This document shows, one piece after another, positions 36,283-46,372 of a stretch of 64,000 nt of DNA (the stretch's first letter is position 1; each line of letters starts with the position of its first letter). The stretch is taken from IMG/VR virus record IMGVR_UViG_3300005732_000005, positions 32,001 through 96,000 of that record, one strand, 5' to 3'. The position numbers were made by a program, and so were the translations under genes. A model generated the notes under the pieces. That model saw nothing but the letters and a program-made list of their open reading frames with translations. It searched no databases and was not told where the DNA came from. Source of the stretch: a virus.

Positions 36283-39111
36283 ATGGCTTTTACGAACGAG
36301 GAGATTATAAAACTAGCTGGTAATGTTCTAGCAGCGGGGGTTATAGATGCGGCAGGTAATAGTTGGTACGAAACATTAAACCCTAATAGTTTCATTACAG
36401 ACCCAGAAAGTATTTGGTCAGACATGACCTCTTTAAAAGGATTACCTGCTGATAACTTCAATCAAGCCGTACAAAACAGTGTAAATAATCCTGACCTTAT
36501 TGGAAGATACGGTATTGACGATGATGGTACTTTTAATGACACCACTGCATTAAGATTAACTCCCGTTGCAGGTACGAATAATACAACTTATATTTGTTAT
36601 AACGCATTTGGTGATCCTTCTGGGGGTGTTCAGAAAAACTGGATACAACCTCAGTTAATACCTAGGTCGAATGGTTTCCCTAGTTCAGCCTACTCACCTG
36701 TAATATTTTCAGGTTTACCTAGTGGAGGTAATAGGATACTCACTTCTTCTGGTAATGACGGTAACTGGGTATCACACTTCTGGAATCCTGCGGGTGGTTT
36801 GTTACTAATTTCTACTGATGAAGCGCCCCCTTCTGCGGTATTCCCTTCACAAGATTTATACCTCTGTGGTTTCTTTTATAATGGACAAACAGGCGGGGCA
36901 GGGGGTTCTTCAGGTAGCAGTATCTTATTAGAAGATCCTAACGGTAGGTGGAGAATTACGGCAGAGGATGGTGCTCATTTACATTTCCAGAGATGGGATT
37001 TAGAAGGTGGTGTACCTCAATGGAACACTCACTTTAAAATAGGCGCTTCTGCAACCACTGATGGTATCAACCTAACTAAACCTTATGCAATAAATGCCGA
37101 CCTCAATTTAAACTCCTTAGAGGACGGTGGTGACCCTATACTGAGGCCTATATTCTCTGTCAAGGATTTAGATGAGAACTTTGTATACGGCAATAGCGAC
37201 CACACTACAGTACTTGAAACAGCTAAAGGTAAAGAAGTAGAAAGAGCTGTAACTGTAATAAATCAACAGGAGTTTGAAAACAGACCCTTGTTTGATGAAG
37301 ATATAGTTTTAGATACCACAGATACTCCTGAACCAGACAGTGTTACAGAAATATCTTGGCACAGCGATATTAATTACAGTACAGATGCTTCTCATATACG
37401 TTTCAATGAAATAGCTTTTGATGTAGTGGAGTCTAGTGACGATGTTAATGGTGTACCTATAAGAATATCTGTTGAAAGGCAAGATGGAGAATTAGTACAA
37501 GAGAATATCAGTCTAGCTTCCCTCCAAGCGGGTGTTAATGGCGGTTTTAACTTTAAAACGGGTTATAATTTTTACACAATAAACCCTAAGTACAGTGATG
37601 TGCGTACTGCAAGAAACATCACTAGATTACAATTACCTATAGGTTACAAGGTTAAACTTAAGGGTGGTACTTATACCTTCTTCAATACTCAAACCAATCA
37701 AATGGAGAACCAGTTTGTACCTAGGCAAAAGTCTAAAGTTGAGTATGTGAATTATGTTAATGTCCTTGACGGTTCTAATGTAAAAGAGGAAGTGTACAAA
37801 GATTCTAATGTTGTATTGGATCACGGTGTAGGTAGTTGGTATCCAACTGAGACTACTCAGTTTACATCGCTGGCCTCCCCCTCTGAACATTCTGATATAT
37901 CCAGAGCGGTACTCGGTAATTATAACTCCAAGACATACGTTGCTTCAGGTAATGAAGGTCTACATATACTTTTCCAAGACGACTCAACTAGAAGACAATT
38001 CTGGACAGAACCCTCAGTAGAGCGCAGGAATGCAGGGGATGTACCACTACAAACAAAAACTATATCACGTCTTGAGATTGACGTAGAGAATTTGTTTGCT
38101 TCTGAATTGCAAGAGACGATTTGGGATGTAGTCAACATTGAGAAGATTTTACCTTTATTCAGGTATGAAGGCGATACACCTATCTCTTATCGTGTCTCCA
38201 TCGAATCTGCAAATAGTGTGGGTAATTTCTTGTTACAGGAAAACCAGACTAGGTATGCCTTACTGAATAAGAAGGGGGATACAAGGTTTGTTATAAATCC
38301 TGCAAACAACCCTACTGACCCAGACTACCACGAATTACGGTTACCTAGAGAAACCCTGACTGTGGATAACTTCACCAAAAAGAAGATAGTTTTTGAGTTC
38401 CATGAACCTATAAAAGTTTACGGTAACTATATAAATGTAACAGACCCTTTAGATCCTGAAGGTACAGGAACTTTTATTCCTAGTATAAAAGCTACGGTGG
38501 TACGAGTATTTGAGAGACCTATTGTTACAGGAGATGACTTAGAGCAACGGGTAGATGAAATAGAAGGTCAACAAGAGTGGGCTTATGCTACGCAACATAA
38601 TTGGCCCACTATTCATGAGATACCTACGGATATGTGGTTGGCAGATGGTGATGGAGAACCTATCTTCTGGGCTGAGGAGTCAGGGCTGGCAGCAGACCAA
38701 GACGAACATCAATGGTTGTTCGATACAGGGATGGAAGCTTATTACCAACCTTTAATCACCCAAGGTACTGTAGCTAATAACAATATAACCTTAAACCCCT
38801 TAGTTGTTCATGTACCTTATGATTCTGTTAAAGAGTTTAGTGTGGTATTCGGTTGGGATAATTCTTTGAATGATGATCCGCTTATCGAGACTGCTAGTTT
38901 TACATTTTACATAGCTACACATGGAAGAAATGCTGATACACAAATTAGTATACAAGTACCTAAAGGTGCAAGCTTAATTTACAATTTCACTAAGAGACGT
39001 AACGGAAGATATGGCTATAGGGCAACCCCGTTTAATGATAATCTTGCATCTACTTCGCAAGTAGGTGACTTATCTGACACATACCCTGCAGATCCGAATC
39101 CACCAATTTAA
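36283..39111 (+). CDS. large virion/fibre structural protein
   Basis: 942 aa, beta-rich, Gly linker and short coiled coil. Confidence 0.65.
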   Translation: MAFTNEEIIKLAGNVLAAGVIDAAGNSWYETLNPNSFITDPESIWSDMTSLKGLPADNFNQAVQNSVNNPDLIGRYGIDDDGTFNDTTALRLTPVAGTNNTTYICYNAFGDPSGGVQKNWIQPQLIPRSNGFPSSAYSPVIFSGLPSGGNRILTSSGNDGNWVSHFWNPAGGLLLISTDEAPPSAVFPSQDLYLCGFFYNGQTGGAGGSSGSSILLEDPNGRWRITAEDGAHLHFQRWDLEGGVPQWNTHFKIGASATTDGINLTKPYAINADLNLNSLEDGGDPILRPIFSVKDLDENFVYGNSDHTTVLETAKGKEVERAVTVINQQEFENRPLFDEDIVLDTTDTPEPDSVTEISWHSDINYSTDASHIRFNEIAFDVVESSDDVNGVPIRISVERQDGELVQENISLASLQAGVNGGFNFKTGYNFYTINPKYSDVRTARNITRLQLPIGYKVKLKGGTYTFFNTQTNQMENQFVPRQKSKVEYVNYVNVLDGSNVKEEVYKDSNVVLDHGVGSWYPTETTQFTSLASPSEHSDISRAVLGNYNSKTYVASGNEGLHILFQDDSTRRQFWTEPSVERRNAGDVPLQTKTISRLEIDVENLFASELQETIWDVVNIEKILPLFRYEGDTPISYRVSIESANSVGNFLLQENQTRYALLNKKGDTRFVINPANNPTDPDYHELRLPRETLTVDNFTKKKIVFEFHEPIKVYGNYINVTDPLDPEGTGTFIPSIKATVVRVFERPIVTGDDLEQRVDEIEGQQEWAYATQHNWPTIHEIPTDMWLADGDGEPIFWAEESGLAADQDEHQWLFDTGMEAYYQPLITQGTVANNNITLNPLVVHVPYDSVKEFSVVFGWDNSLNDDPLIETASFTFYIATHGRNADTQISIQVPKGASLIYNFTKRRNGRYGYRATPFNDNLASTSQVGDLSDTYPADPNPPI

Positions 39112-39123
39112 ATAGGAATTACC

Positions 39124-41631
39124 ATGCCTAGACGCATAAATGATATACCTTTCCGCACAAGGGATCAGTTAAACAACACTTTCCAGATGATTACCACTAA
39201 TCCTGCGGATTTTACACAATTAAGTCGTGTAGCTGTGACAGATTTTCGTGGATCTGGTATATTTTACTCGTCACTTGAACCAACTATAAATCCCGAAGCA
39301 AATACAAACTTACCTAACTATATCCAGAATGATATATTTTTACGTGACTCTGCTGCGGGTCTACAACTGTACACATGGAACCATGTCGATGATTCTTGGA
39401 GCACCCCTAAGAAGTTAAACGGTATAAGGTTATTAGATTCTTCAGATTTCCCTTTAATACCTAACCTAGACTTACGTATCACCAACCTCATAAGTAATAT
39501 ACCTTTTGAAGCAGATTACTACCTAAACAATACACTTTCCCTTATTTTCGGTGGTTACGATGGAGCATTAGGTTTTAACTTCTCTGCTCAAGAGTTTAAT
39601 CGTTATAAAGCGATACGTAACGTTATCACTTTTACCTACCAAGGTACAGATGTTATTGGTTATGACGATCCCGCAGCTTACTGGACAGCTTTTATGGCCG
39701 ATACTGGTAAGACTGACCTTCAAAAAGCCACTTACAACTTCCCCACACACGGTGATACGGTACACATACTTCTAGAAGGTGATGAAGGTCACGGTGGTTG
39801 GTTATATACTTTTGACAATGGTATTACTGCTAACGATCCCTCTCAACAAGTTAATTATAATCTGAAATTTAATGCTGACCCTGCTGATTCCACAAGAAAA
39901 GTACATGCACGTCAGGAGAGGGTTTGGAGTGAGTTTGCAGAGCCTGTCCAGAACGATAAGAAATACCGTCAAGGGGATAGTCACTACGACACAGATAACG
40001 GTGTTCTGTGGTCAGGTTACAATGAAGGAATAGCACCAACAACTGACTTAACTGTATTGTTTGATAACTTTACTCACATGAAAGGTTCATCTCTTCTATC
40101 TGCTAAGGATGTTAATGGAGATTGGGAAGTTCCTGTTAAAGATGATGCTACCTATCAAGCAAATGATTATATCTTAACGAATACTAACAGTACACCAAGA
40201 ATACACGGCCCGTATGTAATGGGTGCTGCTAACGATCATGAAGCTTGGCCTTTGTATACTATTTTACGTGGCAGCATTGTTCATGACGTAACAGTAGGTA
40301 ATATTCCTACAGTCTTCACAGGTGATTACCCTACGATTGATGGTGTTATGGTTGCTTCGGGTGACACTATCCGAGAAATATATACACCTGATGTTAAAAT
40401 CTATGAGTACTATGATGGTGTTTTGATAGATTATAACTTAAAAGGTATGGCTTGGGGTGTGCTACGCAGACCAATACACCCAACAAGGGTATCCTACTCC
40501 TCAGAAACTTTACTTCCTGTTCGTAATGATAATATCTATTATGAAAATGAGATTGTAAGGAATGCCGTTGGGGACTTATTCCGTTATACAGAAGGTCAAG
40601 CTACTGACCAAGATGCCTTTACTCAGTTAGAGAATCTTAAAGCAAATGTAATATTTGTAGTAGAGGATGTTAATGGAGATTACGTACCTACTACCGTTAA
40701 CGACGGATCAATAGGTTTTATTGCTCAAGATAATGATACTCTAGAAGTGAGATGTACAGCTACTGGTAGTACCAAAGTTGTCCTTTATACTGCAAATGTA
40801 TCTGCTGATGGTACAACTATTACTTGGATAGATAGGCGTAGTAAGTTTGGTCAAAGAACTTTTGAAGATACAGGTTTTCTTGATCCTACCCCTAGTGTAG
40901 ATTTATATACTGAGGGAGACTATGTGGTCACAGCTTCAGGTAGAAGATACGAATACCATGAAACTAGTAATAATTTACAGTTTTCGGATTGGGTGCGTGG
41001 TAGTCATATTGAAGTAACCAATTCACTAGATAACAACTTCGCACCAAATATTGATAATGCCACTGGTCAGGTTTCAGGGTTCGGTAATATGATGGTTAAG
41101 ACAGGTGATGTTGCTGAGATTGTTATAACTGGGTCACCTACTGATAAAACCTTTAGGTATGAAGTTGTACAAGATTTCCCTATAGTACTAGGTCCCCGTA
41201 CAAATGTACACCCTACACGGTTATTCGACAGATCAAGTACAAACGCAAGACCTGTTGCTGATGACAGTCAATATACTAACGGGGACTTTGTAGATAATTC
41301 CGTGACTGGTATGAGATATGGTCCTTATGTAGAAAATGCCCCTGACGATGTAACAGCTTGGCCTGACTATCAACGTATTGGTGGTGAAGATTACAGTATC
41401 GACCTAGGGCATCAACCTAACAGACACTATCTTCAAAATGATCATGCTATTCACGATGGTAGTTTGTATAAAGCCCGTGTTGCTTTGAATGGTACAAGTT
41501 CTCCTATACCTTTTAACGAAGCAGATTGGGATTTAGTATTACAAGGTGTTCAGGATCTACGTGACAGTGACAACTCTAAACACACCATGAGTTTAGTAAA
41601 CGGGGTATTCACAGTAACACCTAAACCTTAA
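39124..41631 (+). CDS. repeat-containing fibre protein with C-terminal CBM5/12-like motif
   Basis: Recurrent P..DD..Y..GD, GPY...D..AWP and HPTR motifs; C-terminal Y...D....DGSLYKA...W. Confidence 0.65.
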   Translation: MPRRINDIPFRTRDQLNNTFQMITTNPADFTQLSRVAVTDFRGSGIFYSSLEPTINPEANTNLPNYIQNDIFLRDSAAGLQLYTWNHVDDSWSTPKKLNGIRLLDSSDFPLIPNLDLRITNLISNIPFEADYYLNNTLSLIFGGYDGALGFNFSAQEFNRYKAIRNVITFTYQGTDVIGYDDPAAYWTAFMADTGKTDLQKATYNFPTHGDTVHILLEGDEGHGGWLYTFDNGITANDPSQQVNYNLKFNADPADSTRKVHARQERVWSEFAEPVQNDKKYRQGDSHYDTDNGVLWSGYNEGIAPTTDLTVLFDNFTHMKGSSLLSAKDVNGDWEVPVKDDATYQANDYILTNTNSTPRIHGPYVMGAANDHEAWPLYTILRGSIVHDVTVGNIPTVFTGDYPTIDGVMVASGDTIREIYTPDVKIYEYYDGVLIDYNLKGMAWGVLRRPIHPTRVSYSSETLLPVRNDNIYYENEIVRNAVGDLFRYTEGQATDQDAFTQLENLKANVIFVVEDVNGDYVPTTVNDGSIGFIAQDNDTLEVRCTATGSTKVVLYTANVSADGTTITWIDRRSKFGQRTFEDTGFLDPTPSVDLYTEGDYVVTASGRRYEYHETSNNLQFSDWVRGSHIEVTNSLDNNFAPNIDNATGQVSGFGNMMVKTGDVAEIVITGSPTDKTFRYEVVQDFPIVLGPRTNVHPTRLFDRSSTNARPVADDSQYTNGDFVDNSVTGMRYGPYVENAPDDVTAWPDYQRIGGEDYSIDLGHQPNRHYLQNDHAIHDGSLYKARVALNGTSSPIPFNEADWDLVLQGVQDLRDSDNSKHTMSLVNGVFTVTPKP

Positions 41632-41678
41632 TATGAGAGGCAGAGATGTCTCTTTATTTTTAAAAGAGAGATTAATAT

Positions 41679-42338
41679 ATGTTAACTCAAGCTATGGAAC
41701 TTGAGCCTGTCGTTAAAGGTATGGTAGATATCTATACAGGCGATCCCAACAATTTACCTACTGGATGGTATGTTGCAGACGGAAGAACAGTTAATATAAA
41801 CGGTACTAATGAAGTTCTTGTAGATTTGACAGGAAATCGAGGTTTTCTTATGTTGGCGGGACAGATTGGTGACCCTGAACTCCTTACAGACATAATCCAG
41901 TCTACAGGTGCTCCTAGTGCAGTGGTAACCGCTGAAGGTGCTTCCGAACACACCCACGTTTTCACAACAACCCCTAGTGCAAACTTTAATACTAATAGTG
42001 ACGGTGAACATGGACACACCGTTAACTGGGAGGCTAAAGTTAATTTCTCCTCAGATGAGCAAACTGTTGACGTGGATAGCGGTAGTGATCCCGCAAGGTA
42101 TACTAATGCGGGTAATGCTGACGTTTGGGAGTACAGAAACAGGTTTTCAGGTCATGTCAGTGTCTCTACAGGAGGAGCTGGATGGGCTAATGATCACTCT
42201 CACCACAATCATACTATTAATGCAAGTTCTAGGCAATTTAGCACTAATACAGGACACGAGCATAATTTTGTAGGACAAGATAATATAACTCAACCTAGGC
42301 ATAAAGAGATTTACCTAGTTGTTTATATGGGAGGTTAA
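41679..42338 (+). CDS. tail-collar / HxH needle protein 1
   Basis: G...IYTG....LPTGWYVADG collar motif; four HxH sites. Confidence 0.75.
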   Translation: MLTQAMELEPVVKGMVDIYTGDPNNLPTGWYVADGRTVNINGTNEVLVDLTGNRGFLMLAGQIGDPELLTDIIQSTGAPSAVVTAEGASEHTHVFTTTPSANFNTNSDGEHGHTVNWEAKVNFSSDEQTVDVDSGSDPARYTNAGNADVWEYRNRFSGHVSVSTGGAGWANDHSHHNHTINASSRQFSTNTGHEHNFVGQDNITQPRHKEIYLVVYMGG

Positions 42339-42341
42339 TAT

Positions 42342-42959
42342 ATGGCAACTAAAGAAATGCAGTACTCTAGTATGTGTGACAACACTATAGATATGTTCAT
42401 AGGTGATCCTGCGGATATACCTTTAGGGTGGGTAATATCGGATGGAGGGATACATAATGGTATTCAAACGGAAGATTTAAGAGGTATCTTTTTAAAAGGA
42501 GCACCTTCTACAGGAAGGGACCTAAACATACAAAACCATACAACTGCAGCACCATCTAATACTGTTACGGTGAATTCAACCAGTGAACATAGGCACAATA
42601 TACGGTTCAACACTACCACCCTGTCAGAAGGTACTCATGAGCACAGCTTCAGAAGTGTTAATGGATTAGCTTCTTTAAGGTGTAGAGGTTATAACAGGTC
42701 AGGTTTAGATACAAATGGTAACTGGTATGGTTACATACGTTCTCATGGTAATATTAACACTATGATTAGTCAAACTGTAGCTTTACAATATGACGGTACT
42801 ACGAATTCCTCCGAACACTCTCATGCCGTGCTTAAAGATACAAATACTTTTGCAACAGATGACACAGGGTCGGAGCACACGCATAATCTCACAGGTGGTG
42901 ATGGTCAAACTGAACCTAAACACATAAAAGTAATTTACATAACATTCGTGGGATTCTAG
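42342..42959 (+). CDS. tail-collar / HxH needle protein 2
   Basis: IPLGWVISDG...DLRGIFLKG collar motif; four HxH; EPKHIKVIYI end. Confidence 0.78.
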   Translation: MATKEMQYSSMCDNTIDMFIGDPADIPLGWVISDGGIHNGIQTEDLRGIFLKGAPSTGRDLNIQNHTTAAPSNTVTVNSTSEHRHNIRFNTTTLSEGTHEHSFRSVNGLASLRCRGYNRSGLDTNGNWYGYIRSHGNINTMISQTVALQYDGTTNSSEHSHAVLKDTNTFATDDTGSEHTHNLTGGDGQTEPKHIKVIYITFVGF

Positions 42960-42960
42960 T

Positions 42961-43572
42961 ATGACAATAAGACTAAAATATGCTGTATCAGGATCAGTTA
43001 AACTTTTTGTAGGTGATCCTTTAGACCTAGTAGATACTGGGTGGGAAGTAGTAGAAGACTTGACACTTGAAGGTCACTTTATAAAAGGTGCGGCAGTTAA
43101 TGAAAGTGGTAGCTTAACAACTAAATTTTCAGGTAATACTTCTGTTCAAGGGATAAGCTTAAGTGGGGGTGCTCATACGCACGATGATGCAAATGATTCT
43201 GGATGGATAGGTGATGTTGCAGGAGGGACTTGTACTTCCGACCTCCACAGTCATAGGGCAACTAATAGGACTACATTTTTTGAAGACGCAACGGCTTTCT
43301 TAGAGGGTTGCTCTTATGTAACTTCAAGTGGTTATACAAAAGGCGGGGGTAGTAATAACTCTAGGGCTTTAGGAATAAACCGAGGAACTGGTAATACAAA
43401 CGGAAACTATGTGACAACAGATGCATCAGGACACAACCACCCAGAGGGTGTAGCCAATTATCAACAATTTGATGGTGGTAGTGATCACAATCATGCTATA
43501 GAAGTAGATTCGTGGGATGCAGAAACAAGACCTAACTGTACTAAAGTTTACCTGATTCGATGGACTAGGTAG
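42961..43572 (+). CDS. tail-collar / HxH needle protein 3
   Basis: FVGDP...GW...GHFIKG; four HxH; ETRPNCTKVYLI end. Confidence 0.75.
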   Translation: MTIRLKYAVSGSVKLFVGDPLDLVDTGWEVVEDLTLEGHFIKGAAVNESGSLTTKFSGNTSVQGISLSGGAHTHDDANDSGWIGDVAGGTCTSDLHSHRATNRTTFFEDATAFLEGCSYVTSSGYTKGGGSNNSRALGINRGTGNTNGNYVTTDASGHNHPEGVANYQQFDGGSDHNHAIEVDSWDAETRPNCTKVYLIRWTR

Positions 43573-43579
43573 AGAAGCT

Positions 43580-44305
43580 TTAATAAGCTTCTCTTCTATT
43601 AGTAGTAACCCAACTTGTGACAATACTCTTATCAACAGAGCCTACCCGATTACCTCTGTGTTCACAATCTACCCAAGGACTGAATAAAACAAGTTGACCT
43701 GCTTTAGGTCTGACAGCTATCTTCTGCCCAGTGAATACAGTGTATCCTTCTTGATTCTTAGTTACAGGGAGTTCATTAAGTGTAAGCATCCAAGTAAGTA
43801 CCCTAAATCTGCTGCGCTGGTCATCCCCTGCGAAGGTTTCTGAGTGATTGGAAGGGTAACCCCCTCCTTTACCTTTAATGCCGTAAGGGTTGCTCTCCTG
43901 AGGTGCATAGTATTGAAACTGTCCATGTTGTATAGAGTAATAATCTGCCAACACTGTTTCAGGAGAAGGTAAGTTTTGATAACTGTTTAATCCAAAATCA
44001 CCTGCACTGTACAACATGTTAGGATTATCTTTATAGTAATCTACAATACATTCGGCTACCTTCCTCTCTATTTCTTCTGCGACAACTCTGAACTCGTGTC
44101 CAACAGGATATTGCTGAATAGGGTTCATATCTCTCGAATCTTTCACTTCCTTGTTTTTACCACTCCCTGTTACACCATCCCTGTCCTGTCCTTGATCTCT
44201 ATACTTTTTAAATAAAGTATTAGCCTTAAAAGCTAAATCTCCTGAAAGACAATTGTGGTATATACTAATCCCACCTCTTTGGGTTTTCTCTCCCTTGTAC
44301 ATCAC
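43580..44305 (-). CDS. 2OG-Fe(II) dioxygenase (prolyl-4-hydroxylase-like)
   Basis: QYY, HSE, RVLTWMLTLN, G.T.F, PKAGQLVLF, HRG, K.IVTSW. Confidence 0.85.
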   Translation of the reverse strand: MMYKGEKTQRGGISIYHNCLSGDLAFKANTLFKKYRDQGQDRDGVTGSGKNKEVKDSRDMNPIQQYPVGHEFRVVAEEIERKVAECIVDYYKDNPNMLYSAGDFGLNSYQNLPSPETVLADYYSIQHGQFQYYAPQESNPYGIKGKGGGYPSNHSETFAGDDQRSRFRVLTWMLTLNELPVTKNQEGYTVFTGQKIAVRPKAGQLVLFSPWVDCEHRGNRVGSVDKSIVTSWVTTNRREAY

Positions 44306-44925
44306 TCGCCTCCCTTTAAATTCTCTTTAAGGAAAATACGTAAACAATTATCATATGTATCGATTGACTCTAAGAACATCTCTTTCTTAGTTTGGAGTTC
44401 TAGGAGTTTCTTATCTGCATCTTCTTTAATGCGATCCATTTCACTTTCAACTTTGGCAAGAGAATAAACCTTCTGCCCACGCTTGTTGACCATATCCATG
44501 TAACAATCAAGGGAAGTTCCTTTTTCCGCAGAGGTTCTTTGTTTATCAGATTCTGTAGATAATTCTTCCACAGAAGATTCAGAGAACTGTTCGATAAAAG
44601 TATCTTCTTGTTCAAAAACATCTTCCACAGTTTTATCCTTTAACCCAAACCCCACTAACAAATCGTCGGGTGCAAGGGATAATTGGTGGAAACCTTTCGG
44701 TATATAGGTCATACCTGTTTTATCAAACCAACCTTCTTCATCGATATCCATTCCCTTTAAGAAAAGTAAACTTTTATCTTCTGAATTCTTAAGGCAAGGG
44801 ACTAAATCTTCCATAAGATTCTCACCTTCTGCAGTTACTAAGTTGAAAAGTTTAATTGGCTTGCCATCTTTTTCTTGTTGACAAATCCATTCATCATCGT
44901 TACCAAACTTACAAATCTTTATCAT
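44302..44925 (-). CDS. hypothetical protein co-transcribed with the oxygenase
   Basis: ATGA-type overlap; C-terminal coiled coil. Confidence 0.7.
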   Translation of the reverse strand: MIKICKFGNDDEWICQQEKDGKPIKLFNLVTAEGENLMEDLVPCLKNSEDKSLLFLKGMDIDEEGWFDKTGMTYIPKGFHQLSLAPDDLLVGFGLKDKTVEDVFEQEDTFIEQFSESSVEELSTESDKQRTSAEKGTSLDCYMDMVNKRGQKVYSLAKVESEMDRIKEDADKKLLELQTKKEMFLESIDTYDNCLRIFLKENLKGGE

Positions 44926-45009
44926 ACAAATATTCCTCTCTTTTTAAATTAACCTAATTTCAGTATAACATGTTATAATAAGTAGTCAATAATAATAAAG
45001 GTTATAATT

Positions 45010-46335
45010 ATGGTTAATGAATTGGATGATTGGGGGTTTTACCCCTTAGATGCTCAAGGTAACCCTTACCAAGAAGTAGGTTTACAACATGGAGCTACTT
45101 TTGAAGGCAGAGTAAACTCCAGATTTACAACAGCATGGAACCGAATGAAGATTACGTCTGTTGCTACTCAAAGATCTATATTTGATAGATCTGTCAATGG
45201 AGACTTATCTAAAGGTATATACATCTTAGAATACGAACAACCTCCTACTAAGGATTATGTAAGATTTTTAGATGATTCCAAGGCAAGACAAATATATAAG
45301 AGTCAGCCAAGGGATTTAGTATCTTCTAACTGGTATCTAGATTTTCTAGTATTTGAAGTTCTTGAGTCCACACAACCTCAGGTTGATGTTTGGAGGGCAG
45401 CTAATCTGGACACCCTTTTCAGAACTAAGTTATATAAGGTTGCAGAAAGTACTACTTCTTTTGACAGTTTACAAGATTTTAAAAACTTACAATACCAGTA
45501 CCAAGGTTGGAAAGCAGATAATTACTTAATAGGTGTTTCTAGATACGATACTATGGATGTGGACGAATCTAGGATAAGGTACTTAGATATCACAGCCAAA
45601 AATGATGGTAGGTTTTTTAATACGTTCCACCAAAATGTACATCACAATAGTAAAAACGACTTTCCAAAAGGTATGTATGCAGTATACTCTCAGGCAGAAG
45701 GTTTAGATGTTAATGTACGGTACGATATATCTAGTTTTCAAATAAAGAGGGATTTAGACGGGATTTCGGGATCGGATACACTATTAAGTACCAACAGTAT
45801 AGAGAGAGGGGTAAGACCTAGCGGATATTGTCACTTGATAAGGAGGATTTCTAGTTTTACAAATTCGCCTGAGAGTAACCCTAAATTTCCTGAAATAAAA
45901 GTACCTTCTTATATGTTAGGTACGTATAGAGGTGCTAGAGTGTACACGTTCAAACTAGATAACTCTAATGTGAATAACAACTCGGTAACTTTCAGAAGTA
46001 ATATACATGGTAATGAACCTGTAAACACAAGTACACTTGTACTGGATACAAAAGACCCTAACACAGGCAGCCTACATGGAGGACTTGCGCGCGCGGTAGG
46101 TTTCTTGAAATGTGTTAAGGGTGGCGGTAAACTTAAAGTTTCTAGAAGTGACCCACAAGGGAATTATCTGAGCGTATACCAAGGTTTAACATCTTGTGGT
46201 TTTTATTCTACAGATAATCCTACAAAAATTATTATGCAGGATTCTGCAGACGGTACTGTATTTCTAGGTTTGAATTTAAAATTGGAAGGGACAGGTACTT
46301 TGGAAGGGACAGAGTGGGAAGTGGTTTATATATGA
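45010..46335 (+). CDS. putative virion protein
   Basis: 441 aa with late promoter TGTTATAAT at 44971. Confidence 0.65.
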   Translation: MVNELDDWGFYPLDAQGNPYQEVGLQHGATFEGRVNSRFTTAWNRMKITSVATQRSIFDRSVNGDLSKGIYILEYEQPPTKDYVRFLDDSKARQIYKSQPRDLVSSNWYLDFLVFEVLESTQPQVDVWRAANLDTLFRTKLYKVAESTTSFDSLQDFKNLQYQYQGWKADNYLIGVSRYDTMDVDESRIRYLDITAKNDGRFFNTFHQNVHHNSKNDFPKGMYAVYSQAEGLDVNVRYDISSFQIKRDLDGISGSDTLLSTNSIERGVRPSGYCHLIRRISSFTNSPESNPKFPEIKVPSYMLGTYRGARVYTFKLDNSNVNNNSVTFRSNIHGNEPVNTSTLVLDTKDPNTGSLHGGLARAVGFLKCVKGGGKLKVSRSDPQGNYLSVYQGLTSCGFYSTDNPTKIIMQDSADGTVFLGLNLKLEGTGTLEGTEWEVVYI

Positions 46336-46338
46336 AAT

Positions 46339-46362
46339 AAAGGGAGCTAGATACTCCCTTTT
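46339..46362. terminator. bidirectional terminator between convergent genes
   Basis: AAAGGGAG-CTAGATA-CTCCCTTT. Confidence 0.7.
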
Positions 46363-46372
46363 ATAGTTATCT

